From Ruminococcus albus 7 = DSM 20455 (lineage in GTDB: Bacteria > Bacillota > Clostridia > Oscillospirales > Ruminococcaceae), in assembly GCF_000179635.2 (NCBI RefSeq), contig NC_014833.1:600001-632000 (forward strand): a stretch of 32,000 bases of DNA, in the 5' to 3' direction. The position numbers and the translations under genes were made by a program. Each line of letters starts with the position of its first letter. The first letter of the stretch is position 1. Under the pieces are notes generated by a model. That model ran no database searches and was not told the origin of the DNA. It saw nothing but the letters and a program-made list of their open reading frames with translations. Shown here one piece after another: positions 15,952-25,731 of the stretch.

Positions 15952-17265
15952 ATGCTCAGAAAAACAGAGCTTGACCGTCCACCCGTGATAAGGCTGGGCG
16001 ATGCGCCCCGCGGTGATTTCTTCACAAGCGGACTTGAATACAATCCACCTGCAAGGGGTGTATGGAACATAGTCCATACAGGTATGCTGATACCCGAAGC
16101 ACATGAGATATTCGCCTGTGCCCAGGGCTGTCTCCGCGGTGTTATCCTCACGGCGGCTGAAATGAATGCTCTTGACCGCATGAGCTGGATATCCGTTTCC
16201 GAGCAGGATATGTTCGACGGTACGCTGGAAAGCGATGTGGTTGACGGCGTGTGTGAAATAATCGAAGGTCTGCCTTACAGACCACGCGCTGTGCTTTTGT
16301 ATCTCAGCTGTATACACCTTTTTGCAGGGGTAGATTTCGATATCATAATACGGGACCTTTCAGAAAAATTTCCCGATATAGATTTTTCGGACTGCTATAT
16401 GACCCCTACCATGCGCAAGACCATCTCTCCCGATGCTAAAATGAGGATAAGACTTTACAATGGGCTGAAGCCCCTGCCAGTAGATGAACGCTCGGTGAAT
16501 ATCATCGGCAACGACCGTGCTACCGATGAAAACAGCGAACTTGTCCGCATAATAAGGGATAATGGTTTTACTCTGAGGGATATAACCTCATGCAGGACCT
16601 ACGATGAATATCTTGATATGGCAAAGGCGGCGGTGAATATCGCTTATCTGCCTACGGCGGCGATTGGCTGTAATGAATTATCCGAGCGGTTAGGCACAAA
16701 GGCTTTGTATCTGCCTAACAGCTTTGACTATTCCGAGATACGTGCGAACATCGCAAAACTATGTGAAACTCTCGGCGTACCATGCCCCGACCTTTCGCGT
16801 GAAGAAAAGCAGGCAGAGGACGCACTTTTCTCCGCAAAAAAAGCTTTGGGCGATACTCCCGTAGCTATCGACTTCACAGCGGTAACACAGCCCTTCTCTC
16901 TGGCGAAACTCCTTTGCGAAAAAGGCTTCAATGTGAAGTATATCATAAATGATGTTCTGGGCGAGGACGGCGCCGCATTTGATGCACTGAAAACTCTCGC
17001 TCCCGATATTGAGATATACTCGGCGGTTAATGTGAATATGCTGCATTTCCCCGAGGAAGACCATGAAAAAGTCATAGCCGTGGGTCAGAAAGCCGCACAT
17101 TACTTCAACACCGACTATTTCGTTAATATAGTCCAGAACGGCGGATATTACGGCTTTACAGGCATAGCTGAGATAGCACGCCTGATAGAAGAAGCGGCAA
17201 ACGCACCAAAGGACAGGCGGACTCTTATATCACACAAGGGTATCGGCTGTGAGAGCTGTTTATAA
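15952..17265 (+). CDS. Nitrogenase component-1-type oxidoreductase subunit, NifD/NifE/BchN-like, copy 1.
   Basis: It occupies the position after the H gene. Motifs include ACAQGC and LSCIHLFAGVDFD (like the TCxxxxIGDD context). The product is 437 aa. The ATG at 15952 follows GGAGGTGA. Confidence 0.7.
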   Translation: MLRKTELDRPPVIRLGDAPRGDFFTSGLEYNPPARGVWNIVHTGMLIPEAHEIFACAQGCLRGVILTAAEMNALDRMSWISVSEQDMFDGTLESDVVDGVCEIIEGLPYRPRAVLLYLSCIHLFAGVDFDIIIRDLSEKFPDIDFSDCYMTPTMRKTISPDAKMRIRLYNGLKPLPVDERSVNIIGNDRATDENSELVRIIRDNGFTLRDITSCRTYDEYLDMAKAAVNIAYLPTAAIGCNELSERLGTKALYLPNSFDYSEIRANIAKLCETLGVPCPDLSREEKQAEDALFSAKKALGDTPVAIDFTAVTQPFSLAKLLCEKGFNVKYIINDVLGEDGAAFDALKTLAPDIEIYSAVNVNMLHFPEEDHEKVIAVGQKAAHYFNTDYFVNIVQNGGYYGFTGIAEIARLIEEAANAPKDRRTLISHKGIGCESCL

Positions 17266-17329
17266 TTCATAATTCATAATTATTGGCATTGGCGATACAG
17301 TGTCAATGATCATGAAAAAGAGGTTTACT

Positions 17330-18529
17330 ATGAAAAATGTCAGTAAGATAATACCATGCTATGCGGCGGATACTTCGGGCGTATGTTCGGCGCTGTATGA
17401 GTTTGGCGGCATGATAGTCGTGCATGATGCATCGGGCTGCAATTCCACTTATTCAACCCACGATGAACCCCGCTGGTACGATATGCGCTCGGATATCTAT
17501 ATCTCCGCGCTTACCGAGACCGATGCTATCCTCGGCAACGATGAAAAGCTTATCGAGGATATAGTCTCAGCCGCTAAAGACCGTCAGCCCGCATTTATAG
17601 CGCTGTGCGGTTCACCCATGCCCATGATGACAGGCTTCGACTACGAAGCTGTGGCGCGGGATATTCAGGGATGGACCGGTATACCGACTTTCGGTCTGGC
17701 AACCAATGGTACACGTTCGTATATCAGCGGTGCAGGTATGGCGCTTGAAGCTATTGTCCGTGAGTTCGTACATGATATGCCCAAGGAAGATTTCGACGGC
17801 ATCGCCATAAATATCATAGGTGCGACCCCCCTTGATTTCGGTCTTACGGGGGCAGTTGAAAGCATGAAGAAGCTTTACAGCAGACCTAAGATGAAAGTCA
17901 TATCCTCCATAGGCATGGGCGGCACTCTCGATGAGATACGCAAAGCAGCCTCTGCAAATGTGAATCTCGTGGTATCCTACTGCGGGCTTCCTGCGGCGCG
18001 GTATATGGAAAAGGAATTCGGTATACCCTATATCTGCGGCGTTCCCCTGGGCGATGTTGATATGATACAGGCAGGTGCTCTCAGCAGTTTTATGTATGAA
18101 ACTGCCCATGACGGCATAAGCAGAATGATGGCGGCAATGTGCCGCGGCAGAGCAACCGACGAAAAAGCCGAGCGTCTTGTCATAGGCGAGGCTGTGCTTG
18201 CAGGGTCGATAGCCTTTGAATGGTCTATAATGACCCGCCATGCGGTAGATGTTATATGTCCCCCGGATATAGATGCAGAACTTTCTCCCGATAAAAAGGA
18301 TATGCCCCTATATGCCGAGGAAGACATCAAGGCATATATCAAAGACCGCGGCATTAAGGAAGTCGTGGCAGACCCCCTGTACAAATACATCATACCCGAG
18401 GGATGCAGGCTTATCGAACTGCCCCACTTCGCTTTCTCGGGCAGATGCTTTGCAAAGGATATGAAAGATCCTACGTGTAATGACTTTCTGGATGATCTTG
18501 TACTCGCAATAAATAAGAAAAATGAATGA
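17330..18529 (+). CDS. Nitrogenase component-1-type oxidoreductase subunit, NifK/NifN/BchB-like, copy 1.
   Basis: Motifs include VHDASGC, DEPRWY and ALCGSPMPMMTGFDYE. It is a paralogue of 20588..21613. The ATG at 17330 follows AAGAGG. Confidence 0.7.
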   Translation: MKNVSKIIPCYAADTSGVCSALYEFGGMIVVHDASGCNSTYSTHDEPRWYDMRSDIYISALTETDAILGNDEKLIEDIVSAAKDRQPAFIALCGSPMPMMTGFDYEAVARDIQGWTGIPTFGLATNGTRSYISGAGMALEAIVREFVHDMPKEDFDGIAINIIGATPLDFGLTGAVESMKKLYSRPKMKVISSIGMGGTLDEIRKAASANVNLVVSYCGLPAARYMEKEFGIPYICGVPLGDVDMIQAGALSSFMYETAHDGISRMMAAMCRGRATDEKAERLVIGEAVLAGSIAFEWSIMTRHAVDVICPPDIDAELSPDKKDMPLYAEEDIKAYIKDRGIKEVVADPLYKYIIPEGCRLIELPHFAFSGRCFAKDMKDPTCNDFLDDLVLAINKKNE

Positions 18530-18541
18530 GGAGTTTTTTGA

Positions 18542-19306
18542 ATGATAAAACTGGCGATATACGGCAAGGGCGGTATAGGAAAATCCACCTGTACCGCGAA
18601 CCTCGCGGCGGCTTTCGCATCTCTTGGAAAAAGGGTGATACAGATAGGCTGTGACCCCAAGGCGGATTCTACCATAAATCTGCTGGGCGGAACACCTGTA
18701 ACCCCTGTTATGGACTATATGCGCGACCGCGACGAAGAACCGACTTCCATCGAGGAGATATCTCAGATAGGTTTCGGCGGTATACTCTGTATCGAAACAG
18801 GCGGACCCACCCCGGGTCTCGGCTGTGCGGGCAGAGGTATCATCACCACATTTTCCCTGCTGGAAGAACTTGAACTTTTTGAGAAGTTCAAGCCCGATGT
18901 GGTTCTCTACGATGTCCTCGGTGACGTGGTATGCGGAGGATTTGCCGCCCCTATAAGAGAGGGCTACGCCGACAAGGTGCTGATAGTTACCTCGGGCGAA
19001 AAGATGGCGTTGTATGCCGCTAATAATATCAACAAAGCGGTGAAGAATTTTGAGGACAGAAGCTATGCCAAAGTACGCGGTATAATCATGAACCGCCGCG
19101 CCGTTGAAAACGAGGAAGAAAAAGTCCGCGCTTTTGCCGAGTCAGCAGGTCTTGACGTTGCGGCTGATATCCCGCGTTCGGCTGATATAATAAAGTACGA
19201 GGATATGGGCAAGACCGTCATCGAGGGCGACCCCGAATGTGAAACTTCAAAGCGCTTCTTCGACCTCGCCAAAAAACTCATAGCGGAGGAAGAACAGGAT
19301 GATTGA
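18542..19306 (+). CDS. NifH/BchL/CfbC-family ATPase, nitrogenase-like iron protein copy 2.
   Basis: It has [23 protein letters not shown] and DVVCGGF. By eye, roughly half of its positions are identical to copy 1. Confidence 0.9.
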   Translation: MIKLAIYGKGGIGKSTCTANLAAAFASLGKRVIQIGCDPKADSTINLLGGTPVTPVMDYMRDRDEEPTSIEEISQIGFGGILCIETGGPTPGLGCAGRGIITTFSLLEELELFEKFKPDVVLYDVLGDVVCGGFAAPIREGYADKVLIVTSGEKMALYAANNINKAVKNFEDRSYAKVRGIIMNRRAVENEEEKVRAFAESAGLDVAADIPRSADIIKYEDMGKTVIEGDPECETSKRFFDLAKKLIAEEEQDD

Positions 19307-20591
19307 CGCATACTACATCACCTCCGCCGACCTCGCCGCAAAGGGTTTTGAAAATACCCCCGACGAACTCATGAGCCACAAGCATATGATATATTCGTCC
19401 CCCGCAACACTGGATTTCAATTCTCCCGGTGCAAAGGGATTCGGCGTAAAAAGAGCGGGTCTTGCCATACCCGGTTCTGTGATGCTTCTGGTAGCCCCCG
19501 GCTGCTGCGGAAGAAATACCGCACTTCTCAACGAACTGGGATATAACGAAAGATTTTTCTATCTGCTTCTCGATGATACCGATATCGTCACAGGCAGACA
19601 CCTCACAAAGATACCAAAGGCGTGCAGAGAAGTCTGCGAAAGCCTTGACTATACACCCACAGCAGTGATGATATGCATTACCTGTGTTGACGCACTTCTC
19701 GGTACGGATATGGAACGTGTATGCCGCAAGTGCGAGGACGAAACGGGCGTACCGACTGTCCCCGCATATATGTATGCGCTTACAAGAGAGAAGCGTCTGC
19801 CCCCCATGGCAGGAGTGAGAAAGTCGGTATACTCGCTGCTGAAGCCGCAGAAGAGGATATCCAACGAATGTAATATACTCGGATATTTCAGCCATGTTCA
19901 CGATGACAGCGAGCTGTATGACCTTCTTCACAGTGCGGGCATAAAGAAAGTTCGTGAGCTTTCAAGGTGCAGTACAATAGATGAATACCACGAGCTTTCA
20001 AGGGCGAATTTCAACCTTGTGATAAATGCCGAAGCACGCTATGCCGCACAGGATATGGAAAAGCGTCTGGGTATACCCTTTATCGAGCTGACGAGAATGT
20101 ACAGGCTTGATAAGATACGCAATCAGTACCGTCTGCTTGGTCAGGCGCTGGGTGCAGAATTTGATGATGATAAATATTACGATAAAGCCAAAACCGCAGT
20201 AGATAACTTCATATCAAAACACGGAAAAATATCTGCGGCGGTGGGCGAGTGCGTAAATGCTGACAGCTTTGAACTTGCCCTTGCACTTACAGAGTACGGC
20301 ATAAAGGTCAGCGAGATATACGGCACGGTGGGGGAGAGAAACTTCGTATTCATAAAGAAACTTGCTCAGGTATCCCCCGATACCCGCATATTCTCGAACC
20401 TTTCGCCTACGATGCTGAATTATGAGAGAAAGACCGATATAGATGTTGCGATAGGTGTTGACGCGGGATATTATCACCCCGACCTGCCCTGCGCACAGTT
20501 CAATACCGAGGAACAGCCTTTCGGATATGAGGGCGTTGAACGCCTGCTTGCAGAACTTGACGAAGCACTTGCAAAGGAGGAGAAGAAATGA
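19299..20591 (+). CDS. Nitrogenase component-1-type oxidoreductase subunit, NifD/NifE/BchN-like, copy 2.
   Basis: Motifs include VAPGCCG and [15 protein letters not shown]. The product is 430 aa. The gene overlaps the upstream H gene by 8 nt. Confidence 0.7.
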   Translation: MIDAYYITSADLAAKGFENTPDELMSHKHMIYSSPATLDFNSPGAKGFGVKRAGLAIPGSVMLLVAPGCCGRNTALLNELGYNERFFYLLLDDTDIVTGRHLTKIPKACREVCESLDYTPTAVMICITCVDALLGTDMERVCRKCEDETGVPTVPAYMYALTREKRLPPMAGVRKSVYSLLKPQKRISNECNILGYFSHVHDDSELYDLLHSAGIKKVRELSRCSTIDEYHELSRANFNLVINAEARYAAQDMEKRLGIPFIELTRMYRLDKIRNQYRLLGQALGAEFDDDKYYDKAKTAVDNFISKHGKISAAVGECVNADSFELALALTEYGIKVSEIYGTVGERNFVFIKKLAQVSPDTRIFSNLSPTMLNYERKTDIDVAIGVDAGYYHPDLPCAQFNTEEQPFGYEGVERLLAELDEALAKEEKK

Positions 20592-21613
20592 AAAAGTTTT
20601 TGAGATATATCTCTCCCCTTGCCCCCGATGATTCAGGTGCCTGTTCGGTGCTTTACGAACTTGGTGGTATCACCGTTATATGTGATGCGGGCGGATGCGC
20701 GGGCAATGTCTGCGGCTTTGATGAACCCCGCTGGTTCACTAAAAAATCAGCGCTGTTCAGTGCGGGACTCCGTGATATGGACGCTATCCTCGGCAGAGAT
20801 GACCGCCTTGTTGCAAAGCTTGCCCTTGCACAGCAGCAGCTTGAAAGGGACTTCACCGCCATCGTCGGCACACCTGTCCCCGCAGTCATTGCCACCGACT
20901 ATAAAGCCCTTGAACGCATGGCTGAAAAGAAAACAGGCGTACCCTGTATCACTGTTCAGACCGACGGCACAAAGCTTTACGATAAAGGCGAGGAAGAAGC
21001 CTACCTGCGTTTGTTCAAAACATTTGCAAAGGAAAAACTCCCCACCCGGAAAGGCACTGCCGCCGTCATAGGCGCTACACCTCTCGATACGGGCTTCATC
21101 ACCGCCGATACCATAGTATCGCAGATAAAGGCTGAGGGCTTTGAGGAAGTCAAATGCATCGGCTTCGACAGCGGACTTGACGAAGTAAAAAACATCTCCC
21201 GCTTTGAGAAGATATTCGTCATATCGCCTGCTGGCATCAGGGCAGGAAATTACCTTAAAGAAAATTTCTCCCTTGATGTTGAAGTGCACGGCTGTCCCCT
21301 GCCAAAGGAGTATACCGATAAGCTGAAAGACCTAAGAACAGGCGGCAGAACTCTTATCATACACCAGCAGATGACAGCAAACGCTGTCCGCGATATCATA
21401 GGCGATTCGACCTGCGGAACGTTCTTCATGCTTGATAAGACCGCCGCACAGGAAGGCGACTTCCACATAAAGGACGAGGAAGACCTCGCCGAAAAGGCAA
21501 AGGGCTTCGACCTTATAATAGCCGATATCAGCCTTAAACGCGCCCTCCCCGAGTTTAAGGGCGAATGGTTCGACCTGCCCCACTTTGCAGTTTCGGGCAG
21601 AACTTTCCAATAA
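20588..21613 (+). CDS. Nitrogenase component-1-type oxidoreductase subunit, NifK/NifN/BchB-like, copy 2.
   Basis: Motifs include ICDAGGCAGNVCGFDEPRWF and a C-terminal DLPHFAVSGR (copy 1 has ELPHFAFSGR). The start overlaps the upstream gene (ATGA). The product is 341 aa. Confidence 0.7.
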   Translation: MKKFLRYISPLAPDDSGACSVLYELGGITVICDAGGCAGNVCGFDEPRWFTKKSALFSAGLRDMDAILGRDDRLVAKLALAQQQLERDFTAIVGTPVPAVIATDYKALERMAEKKTGVPCITVQTDGTKLYDKGEEEAYLRLFKTFAKEKLPTRKGTAAVIGATPLDTGFITADTIVSQIKAEGFEEVKCIGFDSGLDEVKNISRFEKIFVISPAGIRAGNYLKENFSLDVEVHGCPLPKEYTDKLKDLRTGGRTLIIHQQMTANAVRDIIGDSTCGTFFMLDKTAAQEGDFHIKDEEDLAEKAKGFDLIIADISLKRALPEFKGEWFDLPHFAVSGRTFQ

Positions 21614-21626
21614 CAGATAGAAGAAG

Positions 21627-23939
21627 GTGAGCAACATAAAAACTGTCAATATACGTGTTTTCGGCATAGTACAGGGCGTGGGTTTCCGACCTTTCACCGC
21701 TGTCACCGCCGAAGAACTCGGCATCAGCGGAACAGTGGCGAATAAGGGTTCCTATGTGGATATCTATGCCACAGGTGAAGAAGCTTCTCTTGCAGCCTTT
21801 GCCGACAGGATAAGACATGATCCGCCCGAACGCGCCATGGTGCTTGAGGTGGAAGTCACCGATATTGAATATACCGAATTTTCGGGCTTTGAGATAATTG
21901 AGAGCGAAAAGGAGATGGGAGATATATTCGTTTCCCCCGATATCGCCACCTGCCCGAAATGCCGTGCTGAACTGTTCGATAAAACGGACAGAAGATATCT
22001 GCACCCCTTTATAAACTGTACCCAGTGCGGTCCGCGTCTGACTATACTGGAGTCTATGCCCTATGACCGCGAACGCACTACCATGAAAGAACACCCCATG
22101 TGTGAAAAGTGTTCTTCAGAGTACCACGCCCCCGCAACACGCCGCTATGACGCACAGCCCGTGTGCTGTAATGAATGCGGACCCGAGGTCTATATAGTCG
22201 GCACCGATATAAAGGGCGGTGAAGCTATAACACATCTGCGCCGCGCTATAATGGAAGGTAAGATAGCGGCTGTAAAAGGCATAGGTGGTTTCCACCTTTG
22301 CTGTGATGCCCACAACGAGGAAGCCGTATCGCGCCTTCGCGGACTTAAAAAACGTCCCGCAAAGCCCTTTGCAGTCATGATGCGTGATATGGATACTGTG
22401 CGCAGACAGTGCCATGTCAGGGACGGTCAGGAAGAATACCTAACAGGCTGGCAGAAGCCCATAATGCTTCTTAAAAAGCGCAGCTGCTGCACTCTCAGCG
22501 AGAAGATAGCCCCCGACAATACCACCGTGGGCGTTATGCTTCCCTATGCCCCTGTGCAGATGCTATTATTCGATTATCCCGATGATGTTGATATGACAGA
22601 CTGCCTTGTAATGACAAGCGGCAACGTCAGCGGCGCACCAATATGCCGCAGTGACGAAGATGCCCTCAAAGAGATAGGCAGCTTCTGTGACCTCATGCTT
22701 TCCCACAACAGGAAGATACTACTGCGTGCAGACGACAGCGTGTGCGACTGGCTTTTCGATAAGCCCTATATGATACGGCGCTCCCGCGGTTTCGCGCCCC
22801 TGCCCGTCATGCTGAAAAACAAGGCTGACAAACAGGTGCTTGCCGTAGGCGGCGAGCTGAAAAACAGCTTCTGCATAGCAAGAGGCGACCTGCTTTATCC
22901 CTCGCCCTACGTGGGAGATATGGCGGATATCCGCACCGTAAAAGCCCTGGAAGAAAGCACCGAGAGAATGTGCGGGCTTCTCGAAACGACCCCCGAGGTC
23001 ATCGTATGCGATACCCACCCCAAGTACAACACCGTCCGCGTGGCTGAGGATATCGCAGAAAAACGGGGCATACCCCTGATAAAGGTACAGCATCACTACG
23101 CCCATATACTTTCCTGCATGGCTGAAAACGGCTTTGACGGAAAGGTGATCGGTGTCAGCTTCGACGGCACAGGCTACGGCGATGACGGCACTATATGGGG
23201 CGGCGAATTTCTCCTCTGCGATTACCGCGGCTATAAAAGGGTCGGAAGTATACGTCCATTTATGCAGACAGGCGGCGACCTCTCATCAAAGGAGGGCTGG
23301 CGCATAGCCTCGGCACTTATACGCGATGCTTTCGGCGACGGCGGAGAAGTCCTCTGTCAGCGTCTTGGCATATGCGACGGCATGGAGTATAAACTGCAAA
23401 AGGCTATGGCTGAAAAGGGTCTCAACTCTGTTAAGTCCACAAGCTGCGGCAGACTTTTCGATGCCGTGTCCGCTATACTCGGTATAAAGAGGACATCCAC
23501 TTTTGAGGGCGAAGCTTCCGTAGCCCTTATGTGCGAAGCTGAGCGCTGTTTAGCAAAGCGCCCCGAGATATCTGAGAATTACCGTACTCCCGAAAAGCTG
23601 ATAAAGTATCAGGACGGTTTTGTAACTCTCTGTACAATGGCACTTGCGGCTGATATAGCCGAGCGTAAACTCGCCTGCTGTCAGCCCGATGTGCTTGCCT
23701 ATACCTTCCATGCGGTGCTTGCTGATATGGTAACAGCCGCCTGCGAAAAGATAAGCGAGGACACAGGCATAAAGACCGTTGCACTCAGCGGCGGAGTTTT
23801 CCAGAACCGTCTGCTGACAAAGCTGTGCCACGAAAGGCTTACAGCCAAAGGTTTCACCGTACTTCTGCACAGCCTGATACCGCCCAACGACGGCGGCATA
23901 GCTCTGGGACAGGCAGCGTATGGTATATATAATTCATAA
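21627..23939 (+). CDS. hypF: Carbamoyltransferase HypF.
   Basis: An acylphosphatase domain (VQGVGFRP) is followed by two zinc-finger pairs (CPKC...CTQCGPR, CEKC...CNECGP), a YrdC-like domain and a Kae1-like domain. The product is 770 aa with a GTG start. Confidence 0.95.
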   Translation: MSNIKTVNIRVFGIVQGVGFRPFTAVTAEELGISGTVANKGSYVDIYATGEEASLAAFADRIRHDPPERAMVLEVEVTDIEYTEFSGFEIIESEKEMGDIFVSPDIATCPKCRAELFDKTDRRYLHPFINCTQCGPRLTILESMPYDRERTTMKEHPMCEKCSSEYHAPATRRYDAQPVCCNECGPEVYIVGTDIKGGEAITHLRRAIMEGKIAAVKGIGGFHLCCDAHNEEAVSRLRGLKKRPAKPFAVMMRDMDTVRRQCHVRDGQEEYLTGWQKPIMLLKKRSCCTLSEKIAPDNTTVGVMLPYAPVQMLLFDYPDDVDMTDCLVMTSGNVSGAPICRSDEDALKEIGSFCDLMLSHNRKILLRADDSVCDWLFDKPYMIRRSRGFAPLPVMLKNKADKQVLAVGGELKNSFCIARGDLLYPSPYVGDMADIRTVKALEESTERMCGLLETTPEVIVCDTHPKYNTVRVAEDIAEKRGIPLIKVQHHYAHILSCMAENGFDGKVIGVSFDGTGYGDDGTIWGGEFLLCDYRGYKRVGSIRPFMQTGGDLSSKEGWRIASALIRDAFGDGGEVLCQRLGICDGMEYKLQKAMAEKGLNSVKSTSCGRLFDAVSAILGIKRTSTFEGEASVALMCEAERCLAKRPEISENYRTPEKLIKYQDGFVTLCTMALAADIAERKLACCQPDVLAYTFHAVLADMVTAACEKISEDTGIKTVALSGGVFQNRLLTKLCHERLTAKGFTVLLHSLIPPNDGGIALGQAAYGIYNS

Positions 23940-24413
23940 TTAATAATTGCGCGGCGGGGTTTTGTGAATGGCAAAGCTTTCATGCTGCGGACGACAGTAT
24001 GTTAAGGACCAATTTGACAACAGCAAGCTACATTTATCGGCTTGCTGCAATAAACGTAAAGAACCCAAACAAAACAATATGACCCTCACAGCAAGGCAAG
24101 AGCCCACTGCCGACGCAGTCGCAGTTAGCGCCCTCTTGACCGAGCACTGGGGGTATGGGGGGTTCCCCCATAAGGAATCATTATCATACCACAACAAAGC
24201 TTAATTTGAAGCCCAAAATAAAGTAATATAAACCAACAGCAAGGCAAGAGCCTGAGCGCCCCTTGAGCATAGTGAGCTGCGGGAGCGTAGCGACCAAAGC
24301 GAACGCCGCTCAAGCCCTAACCGGGCGCGAAGGTCTTGCCGCGCACAACATCATCAAAGCTGATGTTTGGAGTATGAGGGGCTTTGCCCCTCATTTAGAA
24401 TAGGAGGATAAAT
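23940..24413. repeat. Non-coding spacer with degenerate direct repeats and GC-rich palindromes.
   Basis: A roughly 45-nt unit, (G)CCCAAA.AAA..AATAT.A.C..ACAGCAAGGCAAGAGCC, occurs at 24063-24105 and 24211-24253. CAAAGCT occurs three times. Hairpins lie at 24021-24047, 24154-24172 and 24375-24392. Confidence 0.6.
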
Positions 24414-24623
24414 ATGTGTGTTGGATTATCTGCAAAAGTAGTAAATGTTAAGGACGGTACAGCCCTTATAGATGCAAACGGCGCAAAGCGCGAGGTCAGC
24501 GCCGATCTGCTGGAAGATCTCGAACCAGGTGATTATGTAATGGTGCACGCAGGTGTGGCTATCGCAAAGATCACCGAGAGCGACGAGGACGAAGCATTTG
24601 ATGTAATGGAGGGTCTGCTGTGA
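24414..24623 (+). CDS. hypC: Hydrogenase maturation chaperone HypC.
   Basis: The N-terminus is MCVG, carrying the essential Cys2. The protein is a 69-aa OB-fold and matches HypC/HupF-family sequence throughout. Confidence 0.9.
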   Translation: MCVGLSAKVVNVKDGTALIDANGAKREVSADLLEDLEPGDYVMVHAGVAIAKITESDEDEAFDVMEGLL

Positions 24624-25666
24624 ACGAACAGGCTAAAAAGGCAAGGGATATAATCGTTAACTATAAGGGAAGACCCCTGCGTATAATGGAGGTCTGCGGC
24701 ACCCATACCCATGAGATATTCAAACTGGGTCTGCGCAAGCTGCTGCCCGAAAATGTTGAACTCATCTCGGGACCCGGATGTCCCGTATGCGTAACTCCCG
24801 TGGGATTTATAGATGAAGCTATATGGCTGGCACTGGAGAAAGGCTGTGTTATAACCACATTCGGTGACCTTATCCGTGTACCGGGTACGGAGATGTCTCT
24901 TGCAGGTGCAAGGGCTAAGGGCGCACAGGTACGCCCCGTTTATTCCCCGCTGGATGCAGTTGAAATGGCAAGACAGAACCCCGATGAACAGATAGTTTTC
25001 TTAGCTGTCGGCTTTGAGACAACTACCCCCTCTGCCTGTCTTGCGGCTGAAACAGCAAAGAAGGAGGGTCTCACTAACTTCTCTCTGCTGACCGCAAACA
25101 AGACCATGCCCAATGCCTATGCGGCACTTGAAGGCAGTGCTGATGCTTTCCTCTATCCGGGTCATGTAAACGCGATAACAGGTACAGCTATATGCGAGGA
25201 ACTTAAAGCCAAAGGCGTATCGGGTGTTATCGCAGGCTTTACCGCAAGCGAACTTCTCACCGCCCTTGCAGTGATACTGAAGAACGCCGAAAAGGACGAG
25301 CCTTTCTTTGTCAACTGCTACCCCCGCGTAGTTAAGCCCGAGGGCAATCCGCCCGCTCGGAAGCTTATTGAAAAGGTAATGGAGCCCTGCGATACCGAAT
25401 GGCGCGGTCTTGGCGTTATCCCCATGTCGGGCATGAAACTCCGCGATGAGTACGCCGATTTCGATGCAAGAAAGAAGTACGCTATGCCCGAGATAAAGGG
25501 CAAGCCCAATCCTGCCTGCCGCTGTGGAGAAGTCCTGCAAGGCAAATGCAAACCCTGTGACTGCAAGGTATTCGGCAAGGTATGTACCCCCGAACACCCC
25601 GTAGGTGCCTGCATGGTATCTGATGAGGGTGCCTGTGCGGCTTATTATCAGTACGGCGGAGTATAA
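24620..25666 (+). CDS. hypD: Hydrogenase maturation factor HypD.
   Basis: Motifs include CGTHTH, GPGCPVCV and C-terminal Cys-rich motifs (...PACRCG...CKPCDC...GACMVS.EGACAAYY). The GTG start overlaps the hypC stop. Confidence 0.95.
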   Translation: MNEQAKKARDIIVNYKGRPLRIMEVCGTHTHEIFKLGLRKLLPENVELISGPGCPVCVTPVGFIDEAIWLALEKGCVITTFGDLIRVPGTEMSLAGARAKGAQVRPVYSPLDAVEMARQNPDEQIVFLAVGFETTTPSACLAAETAKKEGLTNFSLLTANKTMPNAYAALEGSADAFLYPGHVNAITGTAICEELKAKGVSGVIAGFTASELLTALAVILKNAEKDEPFFVNCYPRVVKPEGNPPARKLIEKVMEPCDTEWRGLGVIPMSGMKLRDEYADFDARKKYAMPEIKGKPNPACRCGEVLQGKCKPCDCKVFGKVCTPEHPVGACMVSDEGACAAYYQYGGV

Positions 25667-25731
25667 GGCTGTATCTTAATAAACGAAATAACATTTCAGC
25701 GCCTGCGGGCGCACAAAGGAGTAAATACAAT

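Noticed and set aside
15192-21613. Annotating these genes as a bona fide nifHDK nitrogenase, that is, N2 fixation genes.
   Set aside because: The D/K-like subunits are 341-437 aa, much shorter than NifD/NifK as I remember them. No nifB/E/N/V/X or other fixation genes are nearby, and the neighbours are hydrogenase maturases. They are better described as nitrogenase-like (group IV-type) proteins until a phylogeny is done.
23968-24204. A 78-aa ORF in the hypF-hypC spacer.
   Set aside because: It has no convincing RBS and spans the degenerate repeats and palindromes. Its product (…CCGRQYVKDQFDNSKLHLSACCNKRKEPKQ…GYGGFPHKESL) looks like translated repeat DNA.
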